This document shows positions 1 through 13,189 of a stretch of 64,000 nucleotides of DNA, piece by piece. The DNA is from Ranitomeya imitator (taxonomy: Eukaryota): the NCBI RefSeq assembly GCF_032444005.1, contig NC_091286.1:167400001-167464000 (forward strand). Reading direction: 5' to 3'. The number at the start of each line of letters is the position of its first letter. The stretch's first letter is position 1. A program made the position numbers and the translations under genes. A model generated the notes under the pieces. That model made no database searches. It was not told the DNA's origin and worked only from the letters and a program-made list of their open reading frames with translations.

Positions 1-324
1 CATTAGGAGCATGCCCATGCGTTGTAGGGAGGTCATACTGGCACGTGGAGGCCACACACACTACTGAGCATCATTTCCTTGTTTTGAGGCATTTCCACTG
101 AAGTTGGATCAGCCTGTAACTTCATTTTCCACTTTGATTTTGAGCATCATTCCAACTCCAGCCCTCCATGGGATATTAGTTGTGATTTACGTTGATAATT
201 TTTAGGTTTTATTGTTCTCAACACATTCCACTATGTAATGAATAAAGATTTACTACTGGAATATTTCATTCAGTGATATCTAGGATGTGGGATTTTAGTG
301 TCACCTTTGTTTTTTTGAGCAGTG
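1..324 (+). mobile_element. 3' end of a Tc1/mariner element (same family as 50392-51721)
   Basis: Ends in the terminal inverted repeat (TIR) ...TTTTTTGAGCAGTG followed by TA (325-326). Closely matches ~51440-51721, which follows Tc1 transposase fragments. Confidence 0.85.
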
Positions 325-415
325 TATATTGAATATGCCTGCATTTATATTTCTTTACTTGCTTGCATTCAAATAACATATTCTAATATTCTAAATCATT
401 GATATATATTTTTAG

Positions 416-527
416 TTTACGGAGAGCTGTGGAAGACTGGGATGTTCGAGCGAATGTCTTTACAGACCGATGAAGATGAGCACAGCATCGAAATGCATCT
501 ACCTTACACTGCTAAGACAATGGAAAG
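416..527 (+). CDS. MEMO1: MEMO1 internal coding exon (112 bp)
   Basis: Acceptor TTTTTAG at 411-415 and donor GTAAGC at 528. Translates to [36 protein letters not shown], recognised as MEMO1. Phase matches the next exon (AG|C = Ser). Confidence 0.97.
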
Positions 528-2544
528 GTAAGCTACAGTGAAAGCAGAGTGACCTTTTTGTAGTATGTTGTAGTTTCAGTAAATTTGAAATGATATAAAC
601 TTGTGCATTTATTATATGTACCCTGTGGTTTTCTCGTTCTTTGGTGATTAGAAACAGTTTGACAATATTTTTTTTTCGTTTAACTCAAATGCTATACATG
701 TACGTGATTGCGTGTGGAAAGGGATCAGTAGCTGAGGGATCTTGACACGTGGTTGATGCTGGTAATTTTACATAGCCAGTATCTGTGTCTAATTGCCGGG
801 GCTGAAGCTGAGCTCAGATCGCAGGTATTAACCATTTAAATTTTGGAATGTGCCCTGGCTCCATTCAAACCTCCAGAAAGCCAGGGACCTGCCAAAGTCC
901 CCCATCACTGCCATCTTGATACTACTGTATAGGTCGGCAACATAGTGAGTTCCACAGGAAACAAAGATTTTCAGTATTGTCGTGTAAACACCTTTCCTGG
1001 AAGGGCTAATTTGTGATGAGACTAAAAGGGTCTCCAGATCTGCCAGTGTTGGTCCAGTTAAGATCGATGCATTGGAGACAAGAACACACACAGCCAGTAT
1101 CTGTCAGTGTACAAGGCTTGTCTGGACTCAGGTCCCATTCCACAAGTTTTTATTACACCTATAGGAAGGAAAGGGCTAAGTACATTTCCTATAGGATATG
1201 AAAGATTCAAGAACAAAGGCCATAAATCATGGATTCTGCTAAATTCCTTAAACTAGGTCTATCCAGCTCTGAATGCCTTCAGCAGTTTTTTAAACAAAAA
1301 CAACGTTGTGCCTCATTTGCTTTCATGAATGAAATATATAAGCCAAACAAAAGCACTAAGTTATTAACCCCTTTACCCCCAAGGGTGGTTTGCACGTTAA
1401 TGATCGGGCCAATTTTTACAATTCTGACCACTGTCCCTTTATGAGGTTATAACTCTGGAACGCTTCAACGGATCCCAGTGATTCTGACATTGTTTTCTCG
1501 TGACATATTGTACTTCATAACAATGGTAAAAATTCTTTGATAGTACCTGCGTTTATTTGTGAAAAAAACAAATTTGGCGAAAATTATGAAAATTTCGCAA
1601 TTTTCCAACTTTGAATTTTTATGCAATTAAATCACAGAGATATGTCACACAAAATACTTAATAAGTAACATTTCCCACATGTCTACTTTACATCAGCACA
1701 TTTTTGGAACCAAAATTTTTTTTTGTTAGGGAGTTATAAGGGTTAAAAGTTGACCAGCAATTTCTCATTTCTACAACACCATTTTTTTTTAGGGACCACA
1801 TCTCATTTGAAGTCATTTTGAGGGGTCTATATGATAGAAAATACCCAAGTGTGACACCATTCTAAAAACTACACCCCTCAAGGTGCTCAAAACCATATTC
1901 AAGAAGTTTATTAACCCTTCTGGTGCTTCACAGGAATTTTTTGAATGTTTAAATAAAAATGAACATTTAACTTTTTTTCACAAAAAATTTAATTCAGCTC
2001 CAATTTGTTTTATTTTACCAAGGGTAACAGGAGAAAATGGACCCCAAACATTGTTGTACAATTTGTCCTGAGTACGCCGATACCCCACATGTGGGGGTAA
2101 ACCACTGTTTGGGCGCATGGCAGAGCTCAGAAGCGAAGGAGCGCCATTGACTTTTCTTTCTTTCAATGTTCTTTTTATTGCATATTATTAAGATTTACAA
2201 ACATTTTGAGAGAGTAAGATAAGTGACATAATGATCAAAAACGCAATCAAGAGATCATCAGGTTTTTACAAAGGAACAGCTCTAAAAGGTATTGTTTTAA
2301 ATCTCTCAAAGGTGATCAAAACCGTAACATTTGACAAATGGCAAGCGGTTACCCTCTTATAAAGAGAAGTAGTATTAGTCAATTGTCAATACAAAAAGGA
2401 GATACAGATGAGAAAGAGAAAGAGAAACAAGTAGGTGGGACTAAGAGAAGAAAAAAAAAAAAAAGAAAAAGGAGTGAGGGAGGGTAGAGGGGGGGGGGGG
2501 GGTGGAGAGGGGGACACACTGGGATGAGTACTCTTATTTAATAG

Positions 2545-5500
2545 TTATATCGCAGAGTGGAATACATTCTGAGTCCTGAATCGGGCCCAAGGGTTCCAGA
2601 TATTTTGAAATTTTGTGAACGAGTGGTTAGTTTTGGCTGCAAGTTCCTCTATGCGGTACAGTTGGTCTATTTTGAGATAAATTTGCTTAATTGAGGGTGT
2701 AATTTTAGTGTTCCAATTTGAAGGAATCAAGGATTTACCCGCAGCCAAAATGAATTGTGCTAATTTTGAAGCCTTCTCGTCTCCTGGCCACAGTGGTAGG
2801 TTCAGGAAGACGTTTTCCGGTTTTAAAGGAGTGCTTTCCTCCAGTACATCTTGGATGATTGAGGCCAATGCCTTCCATAGGGGGGAAAGGGATTGGCATG
2901 ACCACCACATGTGCAAATAGTTGCCAACATCTGCCCCACATCTCCAACAGTCAGAGTTAGATGAGCGATACCATTTCTTGATTTGACTGGGAGTTAAGTA
3001 CCATCTGGAAATAATTTTAAAGGAATTTTCTTGGATGCGCACACAGGCAGAGGGACCATGTGAATTTCTATATATATATTTGATTTGAGGCTCTGAGAAG
3101 GAAATAGCTAGATCTTTCTCCCATCTAGCTAGGTATGCCCTTTTCATTGAGGTGTCTAATTGAAGTAGGGATTGGTATATTGTCGATAGAGACTTAGTGG
3201 GTATTTTTGATCTGGCACATAGTGTTTCATAAGGGGTTAGTGATCTACTAAGGTCAATAGATTGGCGGTGGAGGCGAATGATATGAGAAAGTTTACCATA
3301 TTGTAGAAAAGTTAGACCTGAGATTCCTGAGATTTGAAGTAAATCCTGTAGAGGAAGAAGAGTCCCATCCACAATCAATTGCTCAAGTGGAATATGGGCC
3401 GCACAACTGGGTAGCGAGTCTACGATGTCAGTGACCATAGTTAGTGGTGAGAGATGGGGTGCCAGCGATGGGCCAACTTTCTTCCATATTTTAAAAGTAG
3501 CAGAAGTGAATATATTTTGTAATTTAGGTGGGGTCATATCTTTAGCATGACCTAATAACATGGAGTGCAGAGGTATAGGGGACAATGCTTCTTCAATGTT
3601 TAACCATTGTTTATCTACTGATTTCCTGATCCAGTGGATCGTTCTTGTAATATGGGCTGCTTGATAGTATTTTAAAATATCTGGAGCTCCAATCCCACCT
3701 AAATCTTTTGGAAGGGAAAGCGTTTTGGCGTTAATGCGTGATTTACCCTTTTGCCAGATATAGCCAAAAAATAAAGAATGCACTTTAGCCAAATAGGAGC
3801 ACGGTAATTGTATTGGGAGCATGTTGAGGATATAGATAAATTTTGGAAGAATTATGCTTTTTAGAATATTTTTCCTGCCTACCCAAGATAGATAAGTGTC
3901 TTTCCAGGAGCGAATGAGTGTGGTAGTGTTTTCCAATAGTCTGGAGTAGTTAAGAATGAAAAGGTCTTTATCCGAGAGGCATAACTGTATGCCTAGATAT
4001 GTTAGACTTTTCGGTCTCCAAGGGAAGGGGAATGACGATTTAAGACTATTGACTATATTATTAGGTAGTCCAAGGTTTAGAAGCTCAGATTTAGATTCAT
4101 TTATATTGAAATTGGATAGTATGCTGTACCTCTCCAAAGTGTTCATAATGGCTGGAATGCTTCTCAATGGTTTTGAGATAATTAATAATAGGTCATCCGC
4201 GAACGCCGCCACCTTAAAGTGGATGCCTTGAACATGAAGTCCTTCAATATCAATGCATTGTTGTATGGCCTGTAATAGAGGCTCATTTGAAAGTACAAAG
4301 AGTAGCGGCGATAGCGGACAGCCTTGTCTTGTGCCATTGAATATCTGAAATGAGTCTGTAAGCGACCCATTGATTCTGATTCTAGCTGAGGGCGCAGAAT
4401 ACATTCCCATAATAGCCGATATCGAGGGCGTGGGAAACCCAAATTTTAGTAATGTTTCCTGTAGGAAAGTCCAGTCAACCTATCGAAGGCCTTCTCAGCG
4501 TCTAAGCCCATTAGTGCAATTGGTATTTTCTTAAGTTTTGCATATTGCATAAGGTGCAATACTTTGTACGAATTATCCTTCCCCTCTCTACCTTTCACAA
4601 AACCAGATTGATTCAGAGAAATTAGTTGAGGCAGCACGACAGCCACCCTGTTGGCTTAGTCTCGCATATAGTTTTAGATCCGCGTTTAACAATGAGATCG
4701 GCCTATAGCTGCCACACTGTTCCGGATCTTTCCCTTCCTTATATATCAGTGAGATTCTGGCTTCCAGAAACTGGCGTGGGGCCGCCTCCCCTTTCTGAAG
4801 AGAGTTGCACATATTAAGCAGATGAGGGAGCAAAATTTCGGAATTGGATTTGTAGTAGTGTGCTGTAAATCCGTCCGGACCCGGGGCTCTCCCTTTGGGA
4901 CACTTCGACAGGGCTGACCGGAGTTCCACAAGAGAAAATGGTTTGATTAATTGTTCTTGCCGAGATGTAGATGGGGCTGGGAGATTCAGGCTATTTAAGA
5001 AGGTTTGAATGTCCTGCTTTCTCTGTTTTTTTTCCCTTTCTCCTTCTTCAAGGCATAATTGGTATAGGGACTTGTAGTAGTTTAGAAATTCTTTCTCAAT
5101 CTGAGAGTAGTTTGGGGTTTTTTGGCCAGTTTTAGTTTTGATAGAATGGATAAATGTGCGGGCTTGTTTCTTTTTAATAAGTGACATAGTTAGTTTAGAG
5201 GCTTTATCCCCATGTACAAATATGCGGTTTTTTCCAAGAAGCAAAAAATTTCGCTGACTGCTCTCTGAGGATGTCCCTTAGTCTTTGCCTTTTAGTTGAG
5301 AGTTCTAGAAGAGTTTGTGATAGCAAAGTCCTCTTATGTTGGGATTCTAGATTTTTTATCTCCTCATACAGAACATTCAGTTCCTTATTTTTGGTCTTGT
5401 TCAGGTAGGATGCTATGGATATAAGTTCTCCCCGCAGTACAGATTTGTGTGCCTCCCACAATATTAAGGGTGATATTTCATCATTATTGTTTAATTCAAA

Positions 5501-6619
5501 ATATGTTTTAATGGCTTAAGCGATGCGTGATTTAGTGGAGGGGTTATCTAGGAGCGAATCATTTAGCTGCCAGGACCTGTTCGGGAAGAATTGTTTAGAT
5601 AATATTAACTCTACCAATACATACGAGTGATCTGAAAACAAGGAGGGATTTATGTCTGCTTCTTGTATGTTGGGTAGTAAAGATCTAGGTGCAAATATGT
5701 AATCTATTCGATGGTAAGAGCCATGTGGGTGAGAAAAGAAAGTGAAATCTCGTTTGGTCGGATTCATATAACGCCAAACGTCTATTAGGTTCAATGAGTG
5801 TAGAGCTTGTTTCAGTCTAACCAAGTCCCTAAGGGAGATTGCACTTTTCTTTTTTGTTGTATCAATGGAGGGTTCAAGGGCTAAGTTGAGGTCTCCACCA
5901 AGGATGAGTGTACCCTCCCTAAAGTCCCTTATTTTTTTGAGTGTGGCTAGAATCCATTCTAATTGCTTCTTATTTGGGGCATAGACATTGCAGATGGTGA
6001 CAGCCACCCCCGCCAAAATTCCCTTTATCATTAGATAACGGCCATTTGGGTCAGCCATCTGGTTATGAAGTTGAAATGGGATACCTTTAGCTATGGCTAT
6101 TGATACTCCCTTAGATTTGGTCTGAGGTGAGGTAGCATGAAACCATCTATAATAATCTTTATTTTTTAATAATCTTTATTTTTATATAGCGCTAACATAT
6201 TCCGCAGCGCTTTACAGTTTGCACACATTATCATCGCTGTCCCCGATGGGCTCACAATCTAAATTCCCTATCAGTATGTCTTTGGAATGTGGGAGGAAAC
6301 CGGAGTACCCGGAGGAAACCCACGCAAACACGGAGAGAACATACAAACTCTTTGCAGATGTTGTCCAAGGTGGGATTAGAACCCAGGACCCCAGCGCTGC
6401 AAGGCTGCAGTGCTATCCACTGAGCCACCATGCTGCCCTAGCATAGTGGCCCTTACCAAAGGAGGGGATCTTGTTGCTAGAAAAGTGGGTTTCCTGTAAG
6501 AGTAGTAAGTCGATACCTTTTTTCTTGAAGTATGAAAGGGTTTGGCCTCTGGAAGACGGAGAGTTGAAACCATTAGTGTTGAAGGAGATTAATTTGAATT
6601 TCTTCTGGTTGTCAGCCAT
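2545..6619 (-). pseudogene. L1 ORF2 (APE endonuclease, reverse transcriptase, C-terminal CCHC), disrupted
   Basis: Motifs SFNTNGFN, LLQETH, GGDLN, HRIDY, SDH, QGCPLSP, FADD and CWRC...HMWWSC. Broken by a SINE, one in-frame stop (5516-5518) and three frameshifts. Confidence 0.93.
6150..6438 (-). mobile_element. tRNA-derived V-SINE with L2-type 3' tail, inserted in L1 ORF2
   Basis: Minus strand shows A box TGGCTCAGTGG, B box GGTTCTAATCC, V-domain-like GTTTGCGTGGGTTTCCTCCGGGTACTCCGGTTTCCTCCCAC and an (ATT)n tail. Removing it restores ORF2 GHYARWFHAT. Confidence 0.9.
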
Positions 6620-7023
6620 CTGGAAGGAAGTCTTGATGCTGGAGGACATCCCAATGTGTCTGAGGGGAGAGGGAGAGGAGGGGGGGTGGGGAGAAAATAG
6701 AGAGGGAAGAAACAGAAAGAGTGGGAAGGTGTAGAGAATTTAAAAAGACAATACATAATGAGAAGAGTCATAACATAACACTCAACCGAGTGCATCATCT
6801 CTGGAATGCAGCTGGAAATAATAATCATTGCCAGCTAGAAGAGGCAATTTAATAACAATAAACACAACGTATCTAATCTTAGAACTATTGTTCTGTGTAT
6901 CAACGTGAACCTACACAATGGAGTGAGATCAAAACAGTGGGGTGTAAAAGGACGGTATTAGGGATATCTATCAGTGATCCCTAGACTGTTAACAACGGAG
7001 GCAGATCCGTCTCTTCAGGTTTC

Positions 7024-8821
7024 TTAGTCCTTGGTGTGAGTGGACCTGGATACTTTACGCTTAGTTTTCTGGGACCTGGGAGTGGAGACCGGCTGCCATG
7101 GGATGGGGCTAGGGAGGGGTTGTAGCATTGAGGCTGCATGGAAGGACTCAATGTCGGGATATTGGTCAAGGGAGATGTTCAGTTCTTTACAAATCTTCTG
7201 GATGTCTGCTGAAGATCTTGCTTGCAGTCTTTTGTCTTCAGTAATGATTTGTATTCCGAATGGGTACAGCCAGCGTTACTGAAGTTTTTTCTGGAGAATT
7301 GCCTCGGTGAATGGTTTGAGCAAAAATCGCTTCCTCAGGGTAATTGCAGAGAGATCTTGAAAAAGTTTGAGGCATGTGTCTTCAAATTTGATGTCTTGGG
7401 CCTCCCTTGCCCGTTTTAGTATCAGATCCTTAGTACGGAAGTCCAGGAACCTGCACAGTACATCTCGGGGTGGATCCCCCTGTTTAGGCTTAGGGCGAAG
7501 CGCCCTGTGTATTCTAACTATTTCAATGCCTTGGGGGTCATGATCTAGAAGCAGGGAGCGGAAGATCTCGGTAGCAGCCTTGGTAAGGGCTTCAGAAGCG
7601 ACAGACTCCGGCAAACCTTTTATCCGGATATTATTTCTCCGCTCACGGTTTTCATGGTCTTCAAGTGTGCATTGGACCATATTATTATTATTATTATTAT
7701 TTATTATTACAGCGCCATTTATTCCATGGCGCTTTACATGTGAGGAGGGGTATACATAATAAAACAAGTACAATAATCTTGAACAATACAAGTCACAACT
7801 GGTACAGGAGGAGAGAGGACCCTGCCTGCGAGTGCTCACAATCTACAAGGGATGGGTGAGGATACAGTAGGTGAGGGTAGAGCTGGCCGTGCAGCGGTTT
7901 GGTCAATCGGTGGTTACTGCAGGTTGTAGGCTTGTCGGAAGAGGTGGGTCTTCAGGTTCTTTTTGAAGGTTTCGATGGTAGGCGAGAGTCTGATATGTTG
8001 TGGTAGAGAATTCCAGAGTAGGGGGGATGCACGAGAGAAATCTTGTATGCGATTGTGGGAAGAGGAGATAATAGGGGAGTAGAGAAGGAGATCTTGTGAG
8101 GATCGGAGGTTGCGTGCAGGAAAGTACCGGGAGACGAGGTCGCAGATGTATGGAGGAGACAGGTTGTGGATGGCTTTGTATGTCATGGTTAGGCTTTTGT
8201 ACTGGAGTCTCTGGGTGATGGGGAGCCAGTGCAGGGATTGACAGAGGGGAGAGGCCGGGGAATAGCGGGGGGACAGGTGGATTAGTCGGGCAGCAGAGTT
8301 TAGAATAAATTGGAGGGGTGTTAGAGGGGAGGCCACAGAGCAGGAGGTTACAGTAGTCAAGGCGGGAGATGATGAGGGCATGGACTAGGGTCTTTGCAGA
8401 TTCTTGGTTTAGGAATGTGCGGATGGAGCTGATCCTCTTGAGCTTTAATGCAGGACAGAATAGCGTTAGAATATTCTATGGAGTTACTTTGTGAGCTCTC
8501 CAAGGCCTCAATTCCATGCCCCTGCTGTGTTATTTCTTGCTTAATATCTGTTAATTCTTTACCAATAGGTTCCAGGGCTTTGGATAGGATGCGTTTGATA
8601 AAGGAACGGGTTACCGGGTGTTCCTTGCCCCCAGAGCCCATATCAGAGTCACTTTCCATGTCGGAATCTGTTTCTCCTTCCGTGGCTAGGTTGGATGGGT
8701 AGTTTGTTTTAATCACACTGGGGATAGAGACTCGTTTTTTTAGATATTTGTCTAGATCCGATTGTGCGGCTAGCGAACTAGTTTTAGTTGGCTTGGGTGT
8801 TTTGATGTTAGATCTGACCAT
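7024..8821 (-). pseudogene. L1 ORF1, split by an L2 insert, with one nonsense codon
   Basis: RRNNIRIKGLPE and IHRALRPKP...PRDVLCRF motifs. Removing 7681-8422 restores the frame QEDQLHMVQCTLEDHENR. TAA at 7276-7278 sits where L1 ORF1 has the Y of Y-x-W. Confidence 0.88.
7681..8422 (-). mobile_element. 5'-truncated L2 LINE
   Basis: C-terminal ORF2 sequence LNSAARLI...LHWLP...LWNSLP...FKKNLKTHLF, then a 3' UTR and (AAT)n tail. Confidence 0.9.
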
Positions 8822-9499
8822 TGTGTGTAATGTGGCGTTATGGGCGAAGCTATAATTCCTCTTCCAGCGAGCAACGAGGACCTTAACTCCTCATCTTACT
8901 GGGGTGATCCCAGCACAGGTAGGTCGTTTGTCCAGAAGATGCAGTCACCACTATTATTAATGAAGAGAACCAATTCTTAGTGCGGCCACTAGGTGTCAGA
9001 AGAGGACCACTCTATTGCAAGCAGCTATTGCAGGATTCCACAGTGATAGAGACCTTTATTTTTAAGTTGGATCAAAGGAAATAGATCATCCCACAAGGAT
9101 ATTTAGGTGACCAGGTTTGTTTCAGCGGTCAGTAGTGGTCACTAGTGTGGTTTTGTGGTCGTGGTTCCCAGGCGACCTGTTTACAGTATAATGGGGTTGG
9201 TAGGGGCAGAGCCTGTTCACAGGGAGTTCAGAGAAGGAAGTCTAATGGGTTAATGTGCTCCTCTAGCACTAGATTTGTCTCAAGATGGCGCTTCTGTTAT
9301 TGTGATGCACTGTCTGTGCTTCTTCCCTATACAGTTCCCCTCTGGCCAAACTATAAAGCAGCCACCCTCTCTCCCAGGTATCACTTAGAACTCCTCTGGC
9401 AAACAAAGGGTTAACTTCGGCCTCTGCAGTCAAAACCTCTCCCCCCCAACCCGAGGCAACAGATAAGGCTCCAGATAAGGTACCTCGTAAATCCTCTGT

Positions 9500-10290
9500 C
9501 TGCGCTCACTTATTCCTCCCCAGGGGGGAAGGGGAAACAGCAGCTGTGTACCAGCCTCGTGGAGCAGTCAGGCAGGAGGGTACGTTCCAGGGACCCAGGC
9601 AGAGTCTCTCACCACCAGGTGATCCCAGTTCAGGGGAGCGGTGACTACGGGCGTCCTCCTCCCGCCGTCCCCGCTGGCCAGATGGAGTCCCCTTCACCAC
9701 TCACCGCCGGCAGCCGCGGCAGTGAATCACGCCGCAGGAGGCAGGCTGAGAGATCGGACACCGCCTCAGGGGGATCGCTCCGGAGCGCCGCTATGTGCGT
9801 GAGCGGTTCTAGCTCCCACCACGTCTCGCACTCACCGCAGGGTTATCTTGTCAGCGGCGGGAAACCTCCCTGAGAGCGGCGGGCGGAAGGTGCCGCAGGC
9901 GATCACGTCCTCCAGTCACCAGACTTCGGAGCCTCCCCGAGGTGCGACGCAGTACTGGCTGTCCCACGGGGGTCTCTCCTCTACCCCGCTTATGATCGCT
10001 TTCCTTCAGGGGGAGGAGGCGTCAGTCCCGGCGCGCCGGCCAGGGGGCAAGAGGGATCACCTCGTGCGGGCTTCAGGCCTTCTCTCAGGCCTCAGTTCTT
10101 CACGGCTGTCTCAGTTAGTGCTAATGGTTGGCCCAGCAAAAATCAGCCTCCCAGGTCTTTAAGGAGATATATATCCCTCTATATTAATGCGGATGGGCTT
10201 TGTGGACCTAGGGATTAGGCAGATTATAGCAGATATCTGAGGAGCTCTGGAGACATACGTCTTTCTCCTTCGGTTGCTGGCCACGCCCCC
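9500..10290 (-). promoter_or_regulatory. GC/CpG-rich L1 5' UTR (putative internal promoter)
   Basis: Visibly CpG-dense segment upstream of ORF1. Promoter function is inferred from L1 biology, not shown. Confidence 0.55.
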
Positions 10291-11960
10291 GCCATTTGAC
10301 TTTTCAATGCAAAATTGACTGGAATTGAGATGGGACGCCATGTTTCGTTTGGAGAGCCCCTGATGTGCCTAAACATTGAAACCCCCCACAAGTGACACCA
10401 TTTTGGAAAGTAGACCCCCTAAGGAACTTATCTAGAGGTGTGGTGAGCACTTTGACCCACCAAGTGCTTCACAGAAGTTTATAATGTAGAACCGTAAAAA
10501 TAAAAAATTAAAAAATTATATTTTTTCACAAAAATTATCTTTTCGCCCCCAATTTTTTATTTTCCCAAGGGTAAGAGAAGAAATTGGACCCCAAAAGTTG
10601 TTGTACAATTTGTCCTGAGTACGCTGATACCCCATATGTGGGAGTAAACCACTGTTTGGGCGGATGGGAGAGCTCGGAAGGGAAGGAGCGCCGTTTGACT
10701 TTTCAATGCAAAATTGACAGGAATTGAGATGGGACGCCATGTTGCGTTTGGAGAGCTACTGATGTGCCTAAACATTGAAACCCCCCACAAGTGACACCAT
10801 TTTGGAAAGTAGACCCCCTAAGGAACTTATCTAGAGGTGTAGTGAGCACTTTGACCCACCAAGTGCTTCACAGAAGTTTATAATGCAGAGCCGTAAAAAT
10901 AAAACAAAAATCTTTTCCCACAAAAATTATTTTTTTAGCCCCCAGTTTTGTATTTTCCCGAGGGTAACAGGAGAAATTGGACCCCAAAATTTGTTGCCCA
11001 ATTTGTCCTGAGTGCGATGATACACCATATGTGGGGGGAACCACTGTTTGGGCGCATGGGAGGGCTCGGAAGGGAAGGAGTGCCATTTGAATGCAGACTT
11101 AGATGGAATGGTCTGCAGGTGTCACATTGCGTTTGCAGAGCCCCTAATGTACCTAAACAGTAGAAACCCCCCACAAGTGACACCATTTTGGAAAGTAGAC
11201 CCCCTAAGGAACTTATCTAGATGTGTGGTGAGCGCTTTGACCCACCAAGGGCTTCACAGAAGTTTATAATGGAGAGCCGTAAAAATAAAACAAAAATTTT
11301 TTTCCCACAAAAATTATTTTTTTGCCCCCAGTTTTGTATTTTCCCGAGGGTAAGAGGAGAAATTCGACCCCAAAAGTTGTTGTCCAATTTGTCCTGAGTA
11401 CGCTGATACCCCATATGTTGGGGGAACCACCGTTTGGGCGCATGGGAGGGCTCGGAAGGGAAGGAGTGCCATTTGGAATGCAGACTTAGATGGAATGGTC
11501 TGCAGGTGTCACATTGCGTTTGCAGAACCCCTAATGTACCTAAACAGTAGAAACCCCCCACAAGTGACCTCATATTGGAAACTAGACCCCCATGGAACTT
11601 ATCTAGATGTGTTGTGAGAACTTTGAACCCCCAAGTGTTTCATTACAGTTTATAACGCAGAGCCGTGAAAATAAAAAATCTTTTTTTTCCCCCACAAAAA
11701 TAATTTTTTAGCCCCCAGTTTTGTATTTTCCCAAGGGTAACAGAAGAAATTGGACCCCAAAAGTTGTTTTCCTATTTGTCCTGAGTATGCTGATACCCCA
11801 TATGTTGGGGTAAACCCCTGTTTGGGCACACGGGAGAGCTCGGAAGGGAAGAAGCACTGTTTTACTTTTTCAACGCAGAATTGGCTGGAATTGAGATCGG
11901 ACGCCATGTCGCGTTTGGAGAGCCCCTGATGTGCCTAAACAGTGGAAACCCCCCAATTAT
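10291..11960 (+). repeat. Tandem array of ~386-399 bp units inside copy A
   Basis: Equivalent positions recur at 10291, 10690, 11082, 11468 and 11854. Confidence 0.92.
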
Positions 11961-11964
11961 AACT

Positions 11965-12295
11965 GAAACCCTAATCCAAACACACCCCTAACCCCAATTC
12001 CAACAGTAACCCTAACCACACCTCTAACCCTGACACACCCCTAACCCTAATCCCAACCCTATTCCCCACTGTAAATGTAATCTAAACCCTAACTGTAACT
12101 TTAGCCCCAACCCTAACCCTAACTTTAGCCCCAANNNNNNNNNNNNNNNNNNNNNNNNNNNNNNNNNNNNNNNNNNNNNNNNNNNNNNNNNNNNNNNNNN
12201 NNNNNNNNNNNNNNNNNNNNNNNNNNNNNNNNNNNNNNNNNNNNNNNNNNNNNNNNNNNNNNNNNNNNNNNNNNNNNNNNNNAACCCTAGCCCTA
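11965..12295. repeat. Degenerate (CCCTAA)n telomere-like tract containing a 148-N assembly gap (12135-12282)
   Basis: CCCTAA, CCCTAG and CTTTAGCCCCAA variants. The same tract occupies the same position in the other copies. Confidence 0.9.
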
Positions 12296-13189
12296 ATGGG
12301 AAAATGGAAATAAATACATTTTTTAAATTTTTTCCTAACTAAAGGGGTGATGAAGGGGGGTTAGATTTACTTTTATAGTGGTTTTTTTAGCGGATTTTTA
12401 TGATTGGCAGCCGTCACACACTGACAGACGCTTTTTATTGCAAAAAATATTTTTTGCGTTACCACATTTTGAGAGCTATAATTTTTCCATATTTTGGTCC
12501 ACAGAGTCATGTGAGGTCTTGTTTTTTGCGGGACGAGTTGACGTTTTTATTGGTAACATTTTCGGGCACGTGACATTTTTTGATCGCTTTTTATTCCGAT
12601 TTTTGTGAGGCAGAATGACCAAAAACCAGCTATTCATGAATTTCTTTTGGGGGAGGCGTTTATACCGTTCCGCATTTGGTAAAATGGATGAAGCAGTTTT
12701 ATTCTTCGGGTCAGTACGATTACAGCGACACCTCATTTATATCATTTTTTTATGTTTTGGCGCTTTTATACGATAAAAACTATTTTATAGAAAAAATAAT
12801 TATTTTTGCATCGCTTTATTCTCAGGACTATAACTTTTTTATTTTTTTGCTGATGATGCTGTATGGCGGCTCGTTTTTTGCGGGACAAGATGACGTTTTC
12901 AGCGGTACCATGGTTATTTATATCTGTCTTTTTGATCGCGTGTTATTCCACTTTTTGTTCGGCGGTATGATAATAAAGCTTTGTTTTTTGCCTCGTTTTT
13001 TTTTTTTTCCCTTACGGTGTTTACTGAAGGGGTTAACTAAGTGGGCCAGCTTTATAGGTCGGGCCGTTACGGACGCGGCGATACTAAATATATGTACTTT
13101 TATTGTTTTGTTTTTTTTATTTAGATAAAAAAATGTATTTATGGGAATAATATATATATATATTTTTTCATTATTTAGGAATATTTTAG

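Larger units (their letters stand above)
2157..10290 (-). mobile_element. Full-length L1-clade LINE with TSD, about 7.1 kb after removing nested inserts
   Basis: 5' end GGGGGCGTGGCC at 10290 and (GAAA)n/A-rich tail at 2157. TSD is GCCATTGACTTTTC (2143-2156) / GCCATTTGACTTTTC (10291-10305). ORF1 and ORF2 remnants are in order. Confidence 0.93.
1368..13185 (+). mobile_element. piggyBac-like non-autonomous element, copy A (interrupted by L1; right end missing)
   Basis: Starts TTAA|CCCCTTTACCCCCAAGGG. Collinear with copies at 40167-43265, 61962-64000 and (reversed) 22599-25634. No transposase ORF. Confidence 0.8.

Noticed and set aside
828-1360. 87-aa minus ORF and nearby short ORFs
   Set aside because: No recognisable motif and no splice or start context; left unannotated.
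6360-6438. tRNA gene
   Set aside because: The A and B boxes are the head of a SINE, followed by a V-domain and an L2 tail.
10291-11960. ~390-bp arrays and the ~21-bp minisatellite (48850-49400) as CRISPR arrays
   Set aside because: The units repeat along their whole length with no unique spacers, there are no cas genes, and the context is a vertebrate intron.
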